A DNA stretch of 64,000 nucleotides from positions 11,245-75,244 of IMG/VR virus record IMGVR_UViG_3300020027_000006, one strand, 5' to 3'. Each line of letters begins with the position of its first letter. Positions within the stretch are counted from its first letter, which is position 1. This DNA comes from a virus. The translations under genes were made by a program, and so were the position numbers. Shown here in pieces: positions 10,801-23,257 of this stretch. The notes under the pieces were generated by a model. That model had not been told where the DNA came from. It saw only the letters and a program-made list of their open reading frames with translations, and did not search any database.

Positions 10801-11070
10801 TTGACAAAAGATTATTTATATGATATACTATTTGTGGAGGGGTGCGGGTGGTACTTTTTTCCCCGGATTCCGGGGAAAAAGTAAATAAATTTATATGTGT
10901 GTATACGATTCCAGTTGAGACACACTTGACTAATAATGAGAGAGCCCCTCTCTGAGTGGGACTACTCTCTGGTGGGTGAGAGGAGACCTGCTCGATTGAT
11001 GGCAGATAAAGAGAATAGAATAGAAGAGACAAAAAAGCCTGCAAACTTTGCAGGCTCGTATTTTTTTTTG
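10801..11070 (+). ncRNA. Putative GGGTGCGGG small RNA unit 3
   Basis: TTGACA-17-TATACT, GGAGGGGTGCGGG at 10836, terminator agcctgcaaactttgcaggct. Confidence 0.5.
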
Positions 11071-11609
11071 TTTTGTATTTATTCTGTGTTCTTATTTTGC
11101 CAAACAAAATAATCTTTTCCGTATATAGCCTTCATAGCTAACTCGAACATAAAATGTATGTCGTCATTATCATCGTGATAAGTACCATTTGATACTGCCT
11201 TAACTCGTTTTTCTGCTAACCGAATTAAAGGATTCCAGTCTATTTTTGGTTGGACTTTAGGAGATTCACACTTGGGTTCAAATATAAATTCCCCGTCAAT
11301 AAAATCTATTAATTGTATTTGACGGAAAGTTGTTATTGATTCTTTTGACATATTAAATCTCTAAAAAATTTGTTAGCTTGTCGCGGAGTTCATCTAATTC
11401 AGACCCGTCAGTTTTGAATCTTGACTCTATATTAAGAGTATCTGCTATATCTTGCTCCCCTAATACGGCCTGTGCTATCACCATAGTCATAGCAAGTTCT
11501 CTACGTGAAAACCCTTTAATACCTACTCCTTCCTCAGTTTTGCTTACCGTTATTTTTCTTAGCGTCTCTTTGTCCATATTTTTAATAGTAACACAATTAA
11601 AAATATTTG

Positions 11610-12095
11610 TCAAGAGGTTGTTTTAGTAATTTCATATGCGTTGTAAACCCACCCATCCTCTAAAAAAGTGTCGTATATTTTACCATCGCGAATACAAAAT
11701 ACATGACCCCATAAATTAAAGTCAGTTGTCATTAATACATAAGTACCGACTGGATGAGCATCTATAAAACTTTTAATTGTGGTGGTCTTTCCTTTACCCC
11801 ATGTATTGATAATGGTGGCCTCGTGTCCAAAGAAAGTACGCTCTTCATAGAACGACTTCATGGGATGTATATTCCAGCCCCCGAACTTTCTCCAGCCGAA
11901 ACGCTTTGCTACATACCAAACATCAGCGTAGTCTGCACCTGTGGCATGGACTAATGTTCTAACTCCGCAATCTCCTATTTTATTTTTTCCCTTTGTTGCG
12001 GACACCCCTGATGCCCACCTCCCGCCGTCAGAATAAACAAAATGCTTATACATTACACTAAATTCTGGTGTGTATTTTTTCAGTAACTTCAACAT
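11610..12095 (-). CDS. Conserved phage protein, possible Cys peptidase-like fold
   Basis: GDCGVRTL...GHVFCIRDGKIYDTF (Cys-His-Asp pattern); leaderless-type promoter. Confidence 0.6.
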   Translation of the reverse strand: MLKLLKKYTPEFSVMYKHFVYSDGGRWASGVSATKGKNKIGDCGVRTLVHATGADYADVWYVAKRFGWRKFGGWNIHPMKSFYEERTFFGHEATIINTWGKGKTTTIKSFIDAHPVGTYVLMTTDFNLWGHVFCIRDGKIYDTFLEDGWVYNAYEITKTTS

Positions 12096-13795
12096 AGATA
12101 TAAGTGTAACATATACTTGTTAAATTGTCAAGAGAAAAAACCATAAAGCAGAGAATAAAAATGAAAAACTCTGCTTTATGGTTTAATTGCGGAACGAAAG
12201 ATTGCACCCCTAACTTTGTCCGCAAGGTCAGGACGAACTGAATCCAAATGATTGAACAATGCTTGACCGTATCGCCAGCCTTTTTGGTTAGCTAGTGTAA
12301 ATGCGAAAAAATAGAATTTGTGTAATGTCATATAGTAAATTAAGTGTAGCAAATGAAAGACATTTTGTCAACATAAAAACTAATCCGGTTCTTCTACCAA
12401 TTCAAGAAAACGATTTTCCGTGTCAACTTGTTCGTCGTTAATAGCTAGTAACAGATTGCTGAGACACTCTTTAGCATCATTTCCTTGTGCTACTGATTCT
12501 GACCCTGTATCTTGATACATTACTCTAAACATTTTATTTTCTCCTATCTCTATCGCAAAGTAACATGAAAACTGCAAAACATAGAAAAATTATTGCTATG
12601 TTTTGTAACAAATCCGTTAATCCAAGTAATGGCATATATTTATTTTCCCCTCATGCGGTTAAAGAGATAAATTGCATAACATTTGGCACAGTCTCTAACT
12701 GGTTTTATAAGACCTCCAATAGCCGTTATAGCTAAACCAATCATCCCTATCTCATCTGAGCAAATATGTAATACCATAATTTTTTCCAGTTCTACTTTAT
12801 TTACTGTTTTTTCTTTCTCTCTCTTTACCCGCCTGTTGTGCCTTACACCCTTCAGCGTAATAAGTTATAAAAGCAACGATTAAAGTTAAAACAACACTAC
12901 CAACACAAAACACCTTAAATTGCATAACTTAAGTGTAGCAAAATGTTCTCCTTTTGTCAACATAAACTTAGCAGATTTTATTTTTCATTAAATTCTTAAC
13001 AGGAAGATGATTATATCCCTGTATATACATAAACGGACTACGTATTCCAAACTTGCTCAGGTTTCTTAAATAATCGACTTCACGTGCAGCTACAACCTTA
13101 AGGTCAGAACTAGCCAAAGCCTTTATTTCTGCATCTATTGAATCCAGAACAGTGAATAACTCGTTTGAACTTATTCTAGTTGCCATAGTATTAATCTCCA
13201 CTAAGTAAATAGTGTATCATATAGTAATCTAATTGTCAAGAATTATTTCCAGTTGAGTAAGATAAAAAATTATTAGTGGGAAAAGGCGTCCGATAATGAG
13301 TCTCTAATGAGTCTCCATCCTCGTCACGAGCAGGTAAACCCGATTCTTCTTCTCCTCCACAGAGTTATTTGTTTTATTACAGCAGATATTACAGCAGAGA
13401 AGAAAAACCTCCAACTTTCGCTGAAGGTTTTATTGTATTATATTGTATTTACCGGTATTAAAAGAGGTTAGAGAAAGACGCTTTTGCACGTGAAAACAAA
13501 GTAGCCGTTAAAGCCTTCTTTGCAATTTCTTCCCAGTTCGCGGTTTTCTTATACTTATTCCAAGTAGTTCTATCAGGATAAGGCATATTGTTAAGTGTTG
13601 CAAAAGATTTGACCTCTATTACTAGACCATCGAGGAGTTCCATTTTTCGGTCTAGTTCTATACTGCCAAATAATCCTTTAAGCGGTGTTTCGGTGAGTGC
13701 TTCAAACTTTAGTACCGCTTCTCCAAAATATCCCTTTTTATCTTTCATACTTAATAGTACCAAGTAATTATTACTTTGTCAAGAAATAATAAAAG

Positions 13796-14200
13796 CTACT
13801 CAATTCCGCAAATATAAAAAATATAATTTTTATACTCCTCATTAAGTTTAGTCTCATGAATCCATTGACGGGCATTAGGAAAATTATAGTCATAGTTTCG
13901 GGTATAACCATTAGTTTTTATAATTCCCCAACTATAATTCCCTTTAATAGTTCGAGTCTTACAATTAACTTCCATGTTTATGTATTTTGGATGAACCATT
14001 GATTTATTAAATACAGCGGCCCAAAAAGCATAATGTTTTTCATCAACACGTCTTATACTGGAGCGTTGAATCATCCAAACTGTGACCTCAGAATTTATTC
14101 TACTAAAGAGTACATCATAATCTTTAGCATTAGACGACTGACCAAAAGATGCAATATTTGCACTCACTACCAAAACAATTAACATTAAAATATGTTTCAT
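13796..14200 (-). CDS. Secreted/periplasmic protein
   Basis: N-terminal signal peptide MKHILMLIVLVVSANIASFG-QSS. Confidence 0.65.
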   Translation of the reverse strand: MKHILMLIVLVVSANIASFGQSSNAKDYDVLFSRINSEVTVWMIQRSSIRRVDEKHYAFWAAVFNKSMVHPKYINMEVNCKTRTIKGNYSWGIIKTNGYTRNYDYNFPNARQWIHETKLNEEYKNYIFYICGIE

Positions 14201-14271
14201 AATGTAATCATCTTAACAGGAATTAGATAACTTGTCAAGAGTTATCTAATTAAATATGAAAAATATTTTTG

Positions 14272-14425
14272 TTGACAAAAAATATGGTTTTTAGTACACT
14301 ATATTTGGTTAGGAAGTAAATCTCTTGACCGTAATTTAGATAGACCCTTTAATGTGTGTTTGTTTAAATAATGCTGAGAGGAAGGGTAGCAGTGAACAAC
14401 CAAGCTGCTACCCTTCCTCTTCTCT
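14272..14425 (+). ncRNA. Putative structured small RNA or strong terminator
   Basis: TTGACA-17-TACACT then about 120 nt ending in long stem gaggaagggtagcag...ctgctacccttcctc. Confidence 0.4.
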
Positions 14426-14810
14426 TCAAATTAAATTCCAGCTAATTTTTTTCTACGTGCGGAGCGGCAAAGAGCGTGTTCTAAAGTAGAACATATTTTG
14501 TTAAAATCCCCTAGCCGAGGGTTTTCCATAGTCTCAACCGCAAGTTCAAATAAATCGTCAGCCAACCTATCAGCCTGACTAGACAGTGATAATAAAATAT
14601 AAAAGGGCATGAGATACCTCCTAGAAATTATAGATATTCGTCTAACTCTTCGTCGTAGCCTAAATCCTCGTCCTCATAGACCCATCCTGAGTCTATGATA
14701 ACTTCGCCTTTAGAGGTTGATTCCATTTCATTTATTACGCTTGGGTTTTCGAAATGATTTTGTATGAGCCAGATTACTCCATCTTCTGAAATTTCGACTG
14801 ATGTGTATTC

Positions 14811-15422
14811 GTGGAAAATTTTTCCTGCTTCTGCGGACATAAAGAAGTACCTCCTTTAGCTGATTTCATGGTATCATATATTATTATGATTCGCAAGGGA
14901 ATTTCAGAAGTAAGTTGGGAGACTGTACGAAGACTTGTCGACAGTGGTGAAAGAATAGTTGACATTGAAAAACGATTCAACGGAGCCATAACCGCATCAC
15001 AAATCTCGTACAAGAAACAACTTTGGAAAAAAGAAGCTTATTGCAAAGGTGATAACAAGTATTCAAAGTATCAGACACCTGAATACCGTGCTTGGCGTAA
15101 AGCTGTTCTTATCAAAGATGGGTTTAAGTGTATAGTATGTAAACGTGGAAAACCTGCTGTTAAGGTGCTACAATGTGACCATATAAAAAGTTATTCACAG
15201 CACCCCGAATTGCGTTACAACGTAAACAATGGTAGAGTACTCTGTGTATATCATCATAAACGTACTTTGAATTACGGATTCAAAGCTCTAAAATGTAATG
15301 ATGAGGATAACGGGGATACATGGGTTAAACAGGAGCAAATATTATGGAAGCAACAACTAATAGAGAAAACAATAAAGAAGAGACTTCAAAAATCATTAAA
15401 GAAGCCAATCTCGAAGCGATGA
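14811..15422 (+). CDS. HNH endonuclease
   Basis: WRKAVLIKDGFKCIVC...DHIKSYSQHPELRYNVNNGRVLCVYHH. Confidence 0.85.
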   Translation: MENFSCFCGHKEVPPLADFMVSYIIMIRKGISEVSWETVRRLVDSGERIVDIEKRFNGAITASQISYKKQLWKKEAYCKGDNKYSKYQTPEYRAWRKAVLIKDGFKCIVCKRGKPAVKVLQCDHIKSYSQHPELRYNVNNGRVLCVYHHKRTLNYGFKALKCNDEDNGDTWVKQEQILWKQQLIEKTIKKRLQKSLKKPISKR

Positions 15423-15611
15423 TAACAACTCTAAAAAATCGTGAGGATAGAAAAGTGCCTCAAAAAATTCGTTCAAAGAAACGTCGCCGTGCTGCTGCTA
15501 AGGTTGCTCGTAACTCTCGTAAAACTAATAAGTAAGTAGAATAAACATATCCAATCATTTAATAGTTACTAATTTCAATAAAAAAATGAATGAGTTCAAT
15601 ACCTTTATTCT

Positions 15612-15866
15612 TTACTTATTTTTTTTGATATACGCGGTCGGAGGGCCGGGCTTCCGGTGTCGAAATTCCTCCAATGCTTTTCCATACACGAGTGTCTTGC
15701 CAATAATTTCTTCCGTTTCCAATCGACCCCTTTTGATTAATTGAGAGATAGCCGAACGGTCAATTTTTTTCCTACTCGCGGCCTCTCCAATCGTAACCAA
15801 ATCCAATCGTTCAATAAGCGACTCCAATTCAATTTTCAATTCTTTTAATCGCTCTTTGTCTGTCAT
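15612..15866 (-). CDS. Helix-turn-helix (excisionase-like) DNA-binding protein
   Basis: VTIGEAASRKKIDRSAISQLIKRGRL. Confidence 0.7.
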   Translation of the reverse strand: MTDKERLKELKIELESLIERLDLVTIGEAASRKKIDRSAISQLIKRGRLETEEIIGKTLVYGKALEEFRHRKPGPPTAYIKKNK

Positions 15867-17027
15867 TTTTACCCATGTACTGGAGCTGTGTACTTAAACT
15901 TTTGCTTTATGTCAATTGAGTGCTTTACACTTACGTAATTCATACAAACTATCATTCGGTCAAGGTCTTGTCTTGTGGCTTGCGGAAACATGATAGCTCC
16001 TGTTGCATTGGATTTTACTTGATACGTACCATCATCACTCTTTGAAACTTCCATACCCGAATTAGTTAGCTTCCGGAGCGTGTCTCGTATATCGGAGGTT
16101 GCTACAAGAAAGAATGTTTTATTGTTTGTCATATGTTTTATTCTCAACGTATAATTAGCTTACCAAATGGAAGCTAATTTGTCAATACTTTTATTGGTTC
16201 ACTAAGCAGTTTGATTAACTTATCTTCAACTTCTTTGAGAAAGTCGTCTTTACCTAATACATCAGCCATAGGAGTTCCATAATCACTCCATCCTTCGGAT
16301 GTTATGTTATTCTCGAATGCTTCTACTATAATTGTTATTATTTCGTTTTTCATTATATTATCTTACCAAATGGAAGCTAATTTGTCAACACTTATTTTCC
16401 AGTTGAGGTTATTTTATTTTTATGTACTCATGTGCCCATACTTCTCGTTCTTCCAACCCCCATGTGAGCAAGCCACAACTCTTCAGTTTTTCCGCGTCCG
16501 ATAATGAGTAAATTGAAAATTTAAAAACCGTGCCTGATATTTCTACCAAACACGGTAAATTTTTTATATCTTTTGCGGACGAAAGAATAAGGTTGCCTTA
16601 AATACCCATCATCTCAGACACCGAGAACGAGACCCAACTTTGACCCTTATATCTTTCGTTTTGCTTTGCTTCTACTACAACGATTATATCTGGTAGTGGT
16701 GCTACTACCTTTTCTGCAGTTTGAACCGTGTACTCGCCCTTAACACGTCTTTGTTCGGTAATGGTGAATAGCTTTACAAAGCCACAGCTAAATTGAATGT
16801 CGTATGTATTACCTTTCTTTGGACAGTTAGTTGATTTGTTTCCGCACTTCGTTAAAAACGGGCAAATTTTACCCTTACGTATTTTTAACGACTTCGTTAT
16901 GTTGTTCAAGGTTGCCATAGAAGTATATTAGCAAATAATGATTTGTTCATGTTCGTAATCTTTAATTATCTTACTAAACGGGAGTTAACTTTGTCAAGTA
17001 AAAAGTGGGAGTTTTTTACTTTTATTC

Positions 17028-17390
17028 CTACGAAAGAGGTGCAAACCACGGCTCTCGGTCAGCGACCTTATTGTAAAAAGTTTCACCATTCGCGGTCAAC
17101 CGCTTAATGGTGTTCAAATTAATTACTCGATACTTTTCCTCACCTTCTTTCAATACTCCGTTTTCATGTTTGGGATTAGATACTTCAAACACGCCAACCA
17201 TATCACGAGCGGTTAAAGTAGCTTTACGCTTTGCCGTTATTTCCGGCTGTGTGTTTTTGACATAACGCTTTACTGCAAGCCGTGCAGTCATAGTCCGTTC
17301 CGTACCGTCTTGCTTAGTGAACACTACGGTGAAAAACTTGTCACCTACATAGCGTTTGAATAATTCGATTGTTAAATTGTTAATCAGCAT
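17028..17390 (-). CDS. SH3 beta-barrel (WYL-like/DUF2693-like) protein
   Basis: FFTVVFTKQDGTERTMTARL...YRVINL. Confidence 0.65.
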   Translation of the reverse strand: MLINNLTIELFKRYVGDKFFTVVFTKQDGTERTMTARLAVKRYVKNTQPEITAKRKATLTARDMVGVFEVSNPKHENGVLKEGEEKYRVINLNTIKRLTANGETFYNKVADREPWFAPLS

Positions 17391-17734
17391 ATGTTTTCTT
17401 TACGTCCTTTAACGTAAGGATATAATAGCACAAATTTAGAATAGTGTCAAGAGAAAAGAGAGTTTCTTTATTTTAATTAACTGAAGCTGTGTTATGCAAA
17501 ACTTCTTTACCCTCGAGCTCCGCAAGTTCTACAGCAAGGAGTCCCTGTTTAGATTTTGGTACACGAAAGAATTCGCGAGCCTTTTGTGTCGCCTCCCAAA
17601 GACTCCCTGCATCAATAATATGTTGTTTTTGATTGTAAAATGCAATGTATTTGTTCATATAATTATCTTACCAAACGGGAGTTAACTTGTCAACAATTTT
17701 CTTAGATTTTTGAAAAAAGTGGGAGTTTTTTTCT

Positions 17735-18211
17735 TTAATCCATACGCGATTCTGCATAACAGTTAATACCAGAATTTTGCAATACTTTAGCCATTGCACT
17801 TGCATGAGCATATTTACGCTCCATGCTTTGTCCGTAATCACCCACCCGAATATCGTAACCACCCGTGTAGCTTGTTCCTTTACAAATGCCTTGTGCTTTA
17901 AGCCATTTAGCAAAGGCACTGGTTGCTGGCTTAACTTTTACCCATGCAAAACCGCAAACACCGGAATAGATAACTTCCACAGACTTGCTCATGTCTATTT
18001 CATTCGAAAATAAATCTTTAGCTTGCCCGACGACCATTGGAGTAGGAGTGCAAGCCTTAGCAGCTGTTTGTCCTGCAAGCATTGCACGGTCGTATAGTTC
18101 TCGAAATGTTTCAGCTTTAGGTTTACTATTAAATCTTTGCGGTACATCCGACTCAAGTAATTGTTCGTAAGTTAAAATGTCAGGTTCGTTGTTCATAATT
18201 TTGTTCCTCAA
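17735..18211 (-). CDS. Conserved phage hypothetical protein
   Basis: GVCGFAWV...QSMERKYAHA...YAESRMD. Confidence 0.7.
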   Translation of the reverse strand: MRNKIMNNEPDILTYEQLLESDVPQRFNSKPKAETFRELYDRAMLAGQTAAKACTPTPMVVGQAKDLFSNEIDMSKSVEVIYSGVCGFAWVKVKPATSAFAKWLKAQGICKGTSYTGGYDIRVGDYGQSMERKYAHASAMAKVLQNSGINCYAESRMD

Positions 18212-18272
18212 CTTTAACTATATTAGCATATCTAAATTAGTTTGTCAACATAAAAACAATTAAAAATAAGTG

Positions 18273-18450
18273 TTGACAACACAGAATTTATATGATACAC
18301 TATTTGTGGAGGGGTGCGGGTGTTATATTAAAGAGTACAGTGCGTCCGATAATGAGTTTATTCTCTACGGTATGAGCAAGTATCTTTGTCCTCCCTTTTT
18401 TCTTACTGCTGAAGGAGTGAAAAAGGAAGCAGTTTCCTACTTCCTTTTAT
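18273..18450 (+). ncRNA. Putative GGGTGCGGG small RNA unit 4
   Basis: TTGACA-17-TACACT, GGAGGGGTGCGGG at 18308, terminator aaaaggaag...cttcctttt. Confidence 0.5.
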
Positions 18451-18886
18451 ATTGCTTTTGTACTGCTTCTTTATATCTTTTGCGGTTTCGTTGTACCGCT
18501 TCGACCGTTGCCAGCCTAATATGATTACTTGTTCGCATATAATTTACATCGAACGCGGCGTCCAAAGCTGACTTAAGAGTGTTGAAAATCTTACTTTGTT
18601 CTATTTCTGCTTCTGCTTATTTATTTATCATTTAATCCTTTCCTTCGTAATTATCTTTCAAGTCTCTCATTCGTTTTCCGAAATACCCTGCTGAAAAATT
18701 CAAAGGCAAATCATAAGGTATGTTTACACCAAATCGGTTAGTAGCATCACGGTCACCTTTACTTTTAATCAGTTTGTGCCGTTCCGACATAGCTTGCTGT
18801 ATTCTGTTGTTCGTTTCGTTTGCCATAAATAGATATTAGCAAACGAAAATGATTTTGTCAAGAGAATAATCCCGGATTCCGGGATT

Positions 18887-19189
18887 TTATTTAGAGAACA
18901 AAAGCGGAGCACTTTCTAAAAGTTTCATAACTGCGTTGTATTCGTCCATTATGCCCTCATTCGGTTCGATGTCCCAACCTCTGTCGTAATTAACTATTAC
19001 GCCGTCAAACCAGCTGTTAGTTGTATTACTTCTACAAAGTTCTCTAATACTAAGTTTGGAAACTCTTCCGTTGTTTATTCCAAACATCGAACCTGTATCA
19101 AACAGTTTAGCCTCAAACTCATAATTCTTGCCGACTAATCCGTTGACCCAATTATCTTGTAAATCAAATTTTGTGAATTGTGCTTCCAT
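18887..19189 (-). CDS. Conserved phage hypothetical protein
   Basis: FGINNGRVSKLSI...NYDRGWDIEP; RBS AGGAG. Confidence 0.7.
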   Translation of the reverse strand: MEAQFTKFDLQDNWVNGLVGKNYEFEAKLFDTGSMFGINNGRVSKLSIRELCRSNTTNSWFDGVIVNYDRGWDIEPNEGIMDEYNAVMKLLESAPLLFSK

Positions 19190-19236
19190 AAATACTCTCC
19201 TCTACTAAATAGATATTAGCAAATAGATTCTGTTTT

Positions 19237-19793
19237 GTCAACACTTATTTTTATCCTTTTTGCTTTTCTCTTTATTCGATTCATTTCTTTTTTATAAGAT
19301 AAAACATACCACTCGTTTTTCTCACCGAAAGAAAGAAATTTCAAAGATTCTTCTTTATCAGGTCTTATAAAACTTATTTTAATATGTCTTGTTGAGGTTT
19401 CAGGAAAACAGGTAAAAATAAATTGTACTGGCTTAAATTTTATTTTTACACCTTTAGATATAAAAGATTGTAAATTTTCAACAGATAAAAATGTGCTGTT
19501 AAATATACTTACTTCATAACTAAAATAAAAATAAATATACAGAATATCTAAATAATTTAAATCAAACCATTCTCCTTTTATTCTTTTATGTTCGAAAATA
19601 ATATGAAGATTTTTTTCGTCAGAGATTTTATCCTTATGGGATTAGACGACTGTAAAGCACAAAATCTCGACTTCATCTCACAAGTTCTTCCTATTTTGGT
19701 TAGTTTATTTTTACTGTCATAAGCTAGGTAAACGTAGTCATCACCCCTAAATAGTGAATCGTGAGTTTTAGTATAGCGAGTAATAAGCTTCAT
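19237..19793 (-). pseudogene. Frameshifted T5orf172/GIY-YIG-like nuclease
   Basis: YVYLAYD...KIGRT...LQSSNP in one frame; EKNLHIIFEHKRIKGEWFDL continues in another frame from about 19630. Confidence 0.7.
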
Positions 19794-20600
19794 TAAATTA
19801 ATGCTCCAAAATAAAATATAATGTCGATACTTACTTCACCCTTCTTGTTTTATTTTAGCTTGTTCTTGCTGTGCAATTAGTTCTCTAATGTTTTTAGCGG
19901 AACTTACTTGGATGCCTGTTAGATTTACGTTTGTCAGTAAGTCTTTCATCTCACCCTCAGCACGTACCTTTTCGAGTAGCATAGTAATTCGAAGTTTTTG
20001 GAAAGTATCAAAACCAACAGAAAAATTCCAGTAGTCAGTGTCTGCTATTTCGACAAACCTGTATAGATGATGCCCTTTAGCGTTATCAAACGCCTCATTT
20101 GATTCACGGTAAGCCCCGTAAAGACCGCCGAGTGCGGCATAGTATTCACCCAAACAATACATGAATCTTTTTCTGTCTGTTTCATTTTTGAACATAAAAT
20201 TATATTAGCAGATAAATTCTAATTTGTCAACACTTATTTTAGTCTTAGTTATAGAACTTTTCTCACTTTAGTCGTCATAGATGGGACATCCTCTCGAATA
20301 ATCATACCATCTAAACACTCGTTGTTAGCAGCGATTGAGTAACCTAATCCTTGTGAACGAGGATGATTTAGAACCCATGTTTCGACCCAAAACATATTGC
20401 GTTCTATTTTAGAAACAGAAGCTCCAACAAATACATTATAAATTCGTCCATTTCCTTTTTTGAATTTCAAAACAAATGCTTTTCCTCGCGTTTCGATTTT
20501 ATGATTCAAAAGAATAATTGGTAGTAACTGTTTGTCCATCATAAATAGATATTAGCATAAATAAATCGCTTTGTCAACACAAAAAAGTAGAAAATAAGTG

Positions 20601-20765
20601 TTGACAAAAGATTATTTATATGATATACTATTTGTGGAGGGGTGCGGGAGAAATAAAAACTGTGAAGAAACAGGAGGCACACCTGCTCGATGGGTGGAGT
20701 AAAGAGAGGAGAGAAAAGAGAGAAAAGAGAAGTAAAAAAGCCTCTGATTTCTCAAAGGCTTTTTG
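20601..20765 (+). ncRNA. Putative GGGTGCGGG small RNA unit 5
   Basis: TTGACA-17-TATACT, motif at 20636, near-copy of unit 7, terminator 20734-20765. Confidence 0.5.
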
Positions 20766-21780
20766 TTCGTAAGTTTTAGTTTGATTTAGACGGTGACCGA
20801 ATGTACCGTTTGACGTTTGAAGGCTTTGTCAGCAAGCTGTGTTACTTTACGAACCCAAAACTCAATGTTGACATTTTTCTTTTTGTCAACCGTTACGACT
20901 CGAACCAGTTCAGTGTCATTCTTTTGAAATGAACGAACGGTCAAGGTGGTTACAGAAGTTCGGTTTTCGATTCGATTTCGTTGTTCGCGTGTCATTTTTT
21001 CTTGTTCCTTTGCGGATACTCCGCGTCGTACCTTCAGATTGCGACAGGTGGCTCGTTGCCGTTTGTCAGAAATACATTAGATTTTTTCAACCCTCCATTC
21101 TTCCACTTGGACAAGTTTTCCGTTCGATTGTTTAATAACCAAATCAGTTTGGTGAGGGTATTTTTTTACTTCTACGATAGTAACTTCCGCAAAGCCATAT
21201 AAAACTTTTTCACCTTTGCGGTAACTCAACTGGTAAAGATTTATTCCGTGAAATTTCATAGTAACCTCCAACTAAACTTAATAATACCATAAACAAACTG
21301 TTTTGTCAAGAGTTATTTTGTGTTAGTCAAGTCTTTTCATATTTGTAAACCATGCGGACGGATAGGCATAACTAACTTCCGAAATAACTGCAACTGTAAT
21401 TTTATTGCTATTAATTTCTTCTGTTTTACGTGCAATCACTTTAGCCGTTTCAAGTGTTCCTATATGGTCTTGTATCCAGTTACCTGAAATAATACCATCT
21501 GCTTCGCTATGTACATTAATAAGTGAAAACCTCATAATTATTCTCCTCGTTTATATTTGGACTTGCGACCGACTTTATCGGCTTTACTTGCTCGCTTCCT
21601 ATCACGAAACACCCGAACGACTCCGCCTGTAGCAGTTATCATATCTTTGATACGCTCATCTCGTATTCGTATATCGTTAGGATTTATCTTTATACTTTCC
21701 ATAAACAGATATTAGCAAATAGATTCTGTTTTGTCAACACTTATTTAATAAAATTTTTATTTATTTTCATTGTTTTTATG

Positions 21781-22010
21781 TTGACAAAAGGTTACTTATA
21801 TGCTATACTATTTGTGAAAGGGTGCGGGTGTAAAATTATGCTTCCAGTTGAGAAAATCCCGTCAAACTGCGACCACGCTACAACTACTATTACTCTTCAC
21901 TGACATCTTCTCCTCCCAGTGAAGCAAGGGGCCATACGAGCATTATTTCCTCTCCTAAGAGTTCAGAAGTAAAAAAGCTCCTCCGATTTCTCGAAAGAGC
22001 TTGTGTATTT
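21781..22010 (+). ncRNA. Putative GGGTGCGGG small RNA unit 6
   Basis: TTGACA-17-TATACT, GAAAGGGTGCGGG at 21816, terminator at about 21971-22010. Confidence 0.5.
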
Positions 22011-22518
22011 TTTGTGGTTTGCGGACTTACTCAGCTTCTAAGTATTGATAGTTGCCTGAAATAAAAGCTGAGAGCTGATGTGCAAGATGTTTAACTCCTT
22101 GTTCGTCTAAAATAACTGACGCATAATCGTTGCTATCGTTGTTATGAGTTTTGTCTTTTATATATATCTGAACTGCTCGACCTATACTCGAACCGGCAAA
22201 AAACGCGACTAAAGTTATATCCTTTGCATCTTCCTCGTATTTAGGATGTCTGCCTTGTATTTTTCGTAGTGTTGTTGACATAAGATAATATTAGCATAGA
22301 ATAATTATTTTGTCAAGATTTATTTTTAAGTAAATTGACTTTTATATCTTGCTCTATCAAAACGTCGATAATATCATCATCATCATCGCTCCAGTCTATC
22401 ACTGACCCATCATCGCCTTGTATCGGAGTTTCCGATTCTAGCAATTCTAGCCGTCGATTGAGTTCGTGAAATATAACTTCGTCCGTCTGCTTTTCTTGTG
22501 GCATATTTTTTATTTACT

Positions 22519-23256
22519 TTATTTAGTCTTACCTTTTAGGTAACTGTTGAGTGTCTTAACACTTTTTGACCCTCTTGATAAACTAAAAACCATAGTCTGA
22601 GATTCCCCGTAGGTATGCCAAATTGTTTTGCCGCCCCTTGTTGCGTATAATTCCCTGATTGTTCGTGGAGTTTTAGTTCCGTCGAACCGTGCAAGCGGGT
22701 TTAGGTTAGCCCATGCGGTTTGTACTCGTCCAGATAGCTTACCATCATAGCCTAAATCTGCCCAAACTTTATAACCAACTGATTTATCCGACCGTGCATC
22801 ATTACGTAGAGCAAATGTGGATATATAAGATACTTTAGCTTTTTGTGCGTCCGCGACTTGTGTAGAAAATGATTTCGTACCAAGTCCTTTACCTTGTGCG
22901 GACGGAGAAAGAAAAAATGCATCGTTGCGGACAGTAAGTTTTCCATCCGCATCTCGGTACATTGTTCGCGTCATGCCGTCTGATTTGCTTATGTACTTAT
23001 GAGATATATCAACTTGCAACCGACCATCACGAAGTCCTATTTCGACTTTTGCACCGGAAAACGCTCCTGCTCCAGCAAGATTAGCAATATCACTTCCTGA
23101 CATTGGCTTACCAAATAATTTTCTAGCAAAAGCTTGTTCGGCTTTATCATAACCTTCTATATCAAAAGAGCTACCACCAGAAGATGAAGATAGTGCAGCA
23201 GCCGTCGCATTAAACTTGCTGCTTCCTCTACTTGTACTGTTTCCGCGACCGCCCAT
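22519..23256 (-). CDS. MGGRG-leader protein with GNAT-like acetyltransferase domain
   Basis: Starts MGGRGNSTSRG; acetyl-CoA motif A-like FFLSPSAQGKGLGT and GYKVWADLGY. Confidence 0.65.
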   Translation of the reverse strand: MGGRGNSTSRGSSKFNATAAALSSSSGGSSFDIEGYDKAEQAFARKLFGKPMSGSDIANLAGAGAFSGAKVEIGLRDGRLQVDISHKYISKSDGMTRTMYRDADGKLTVRNDAFFLSPSAQGKGLGTKSFSTQVADAQKAKVSYISTFALRNDARSDKSVGYKVWADLGYDGKLSGRVQTAWANLNPLARFDGTKTPRTIRELYATRGGKTIWHTYGESQTMVFSLSRGSKSVKTLNSYLKGKTK

Positions 23257-23257
23257 A

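Noticed and set aside
10775-11107. ORFs spanning the sRNA units (10775..11107, 18270..18524, 6407..6598)
   Set aside because: They run through promoters and terminators with non-protein-like composition
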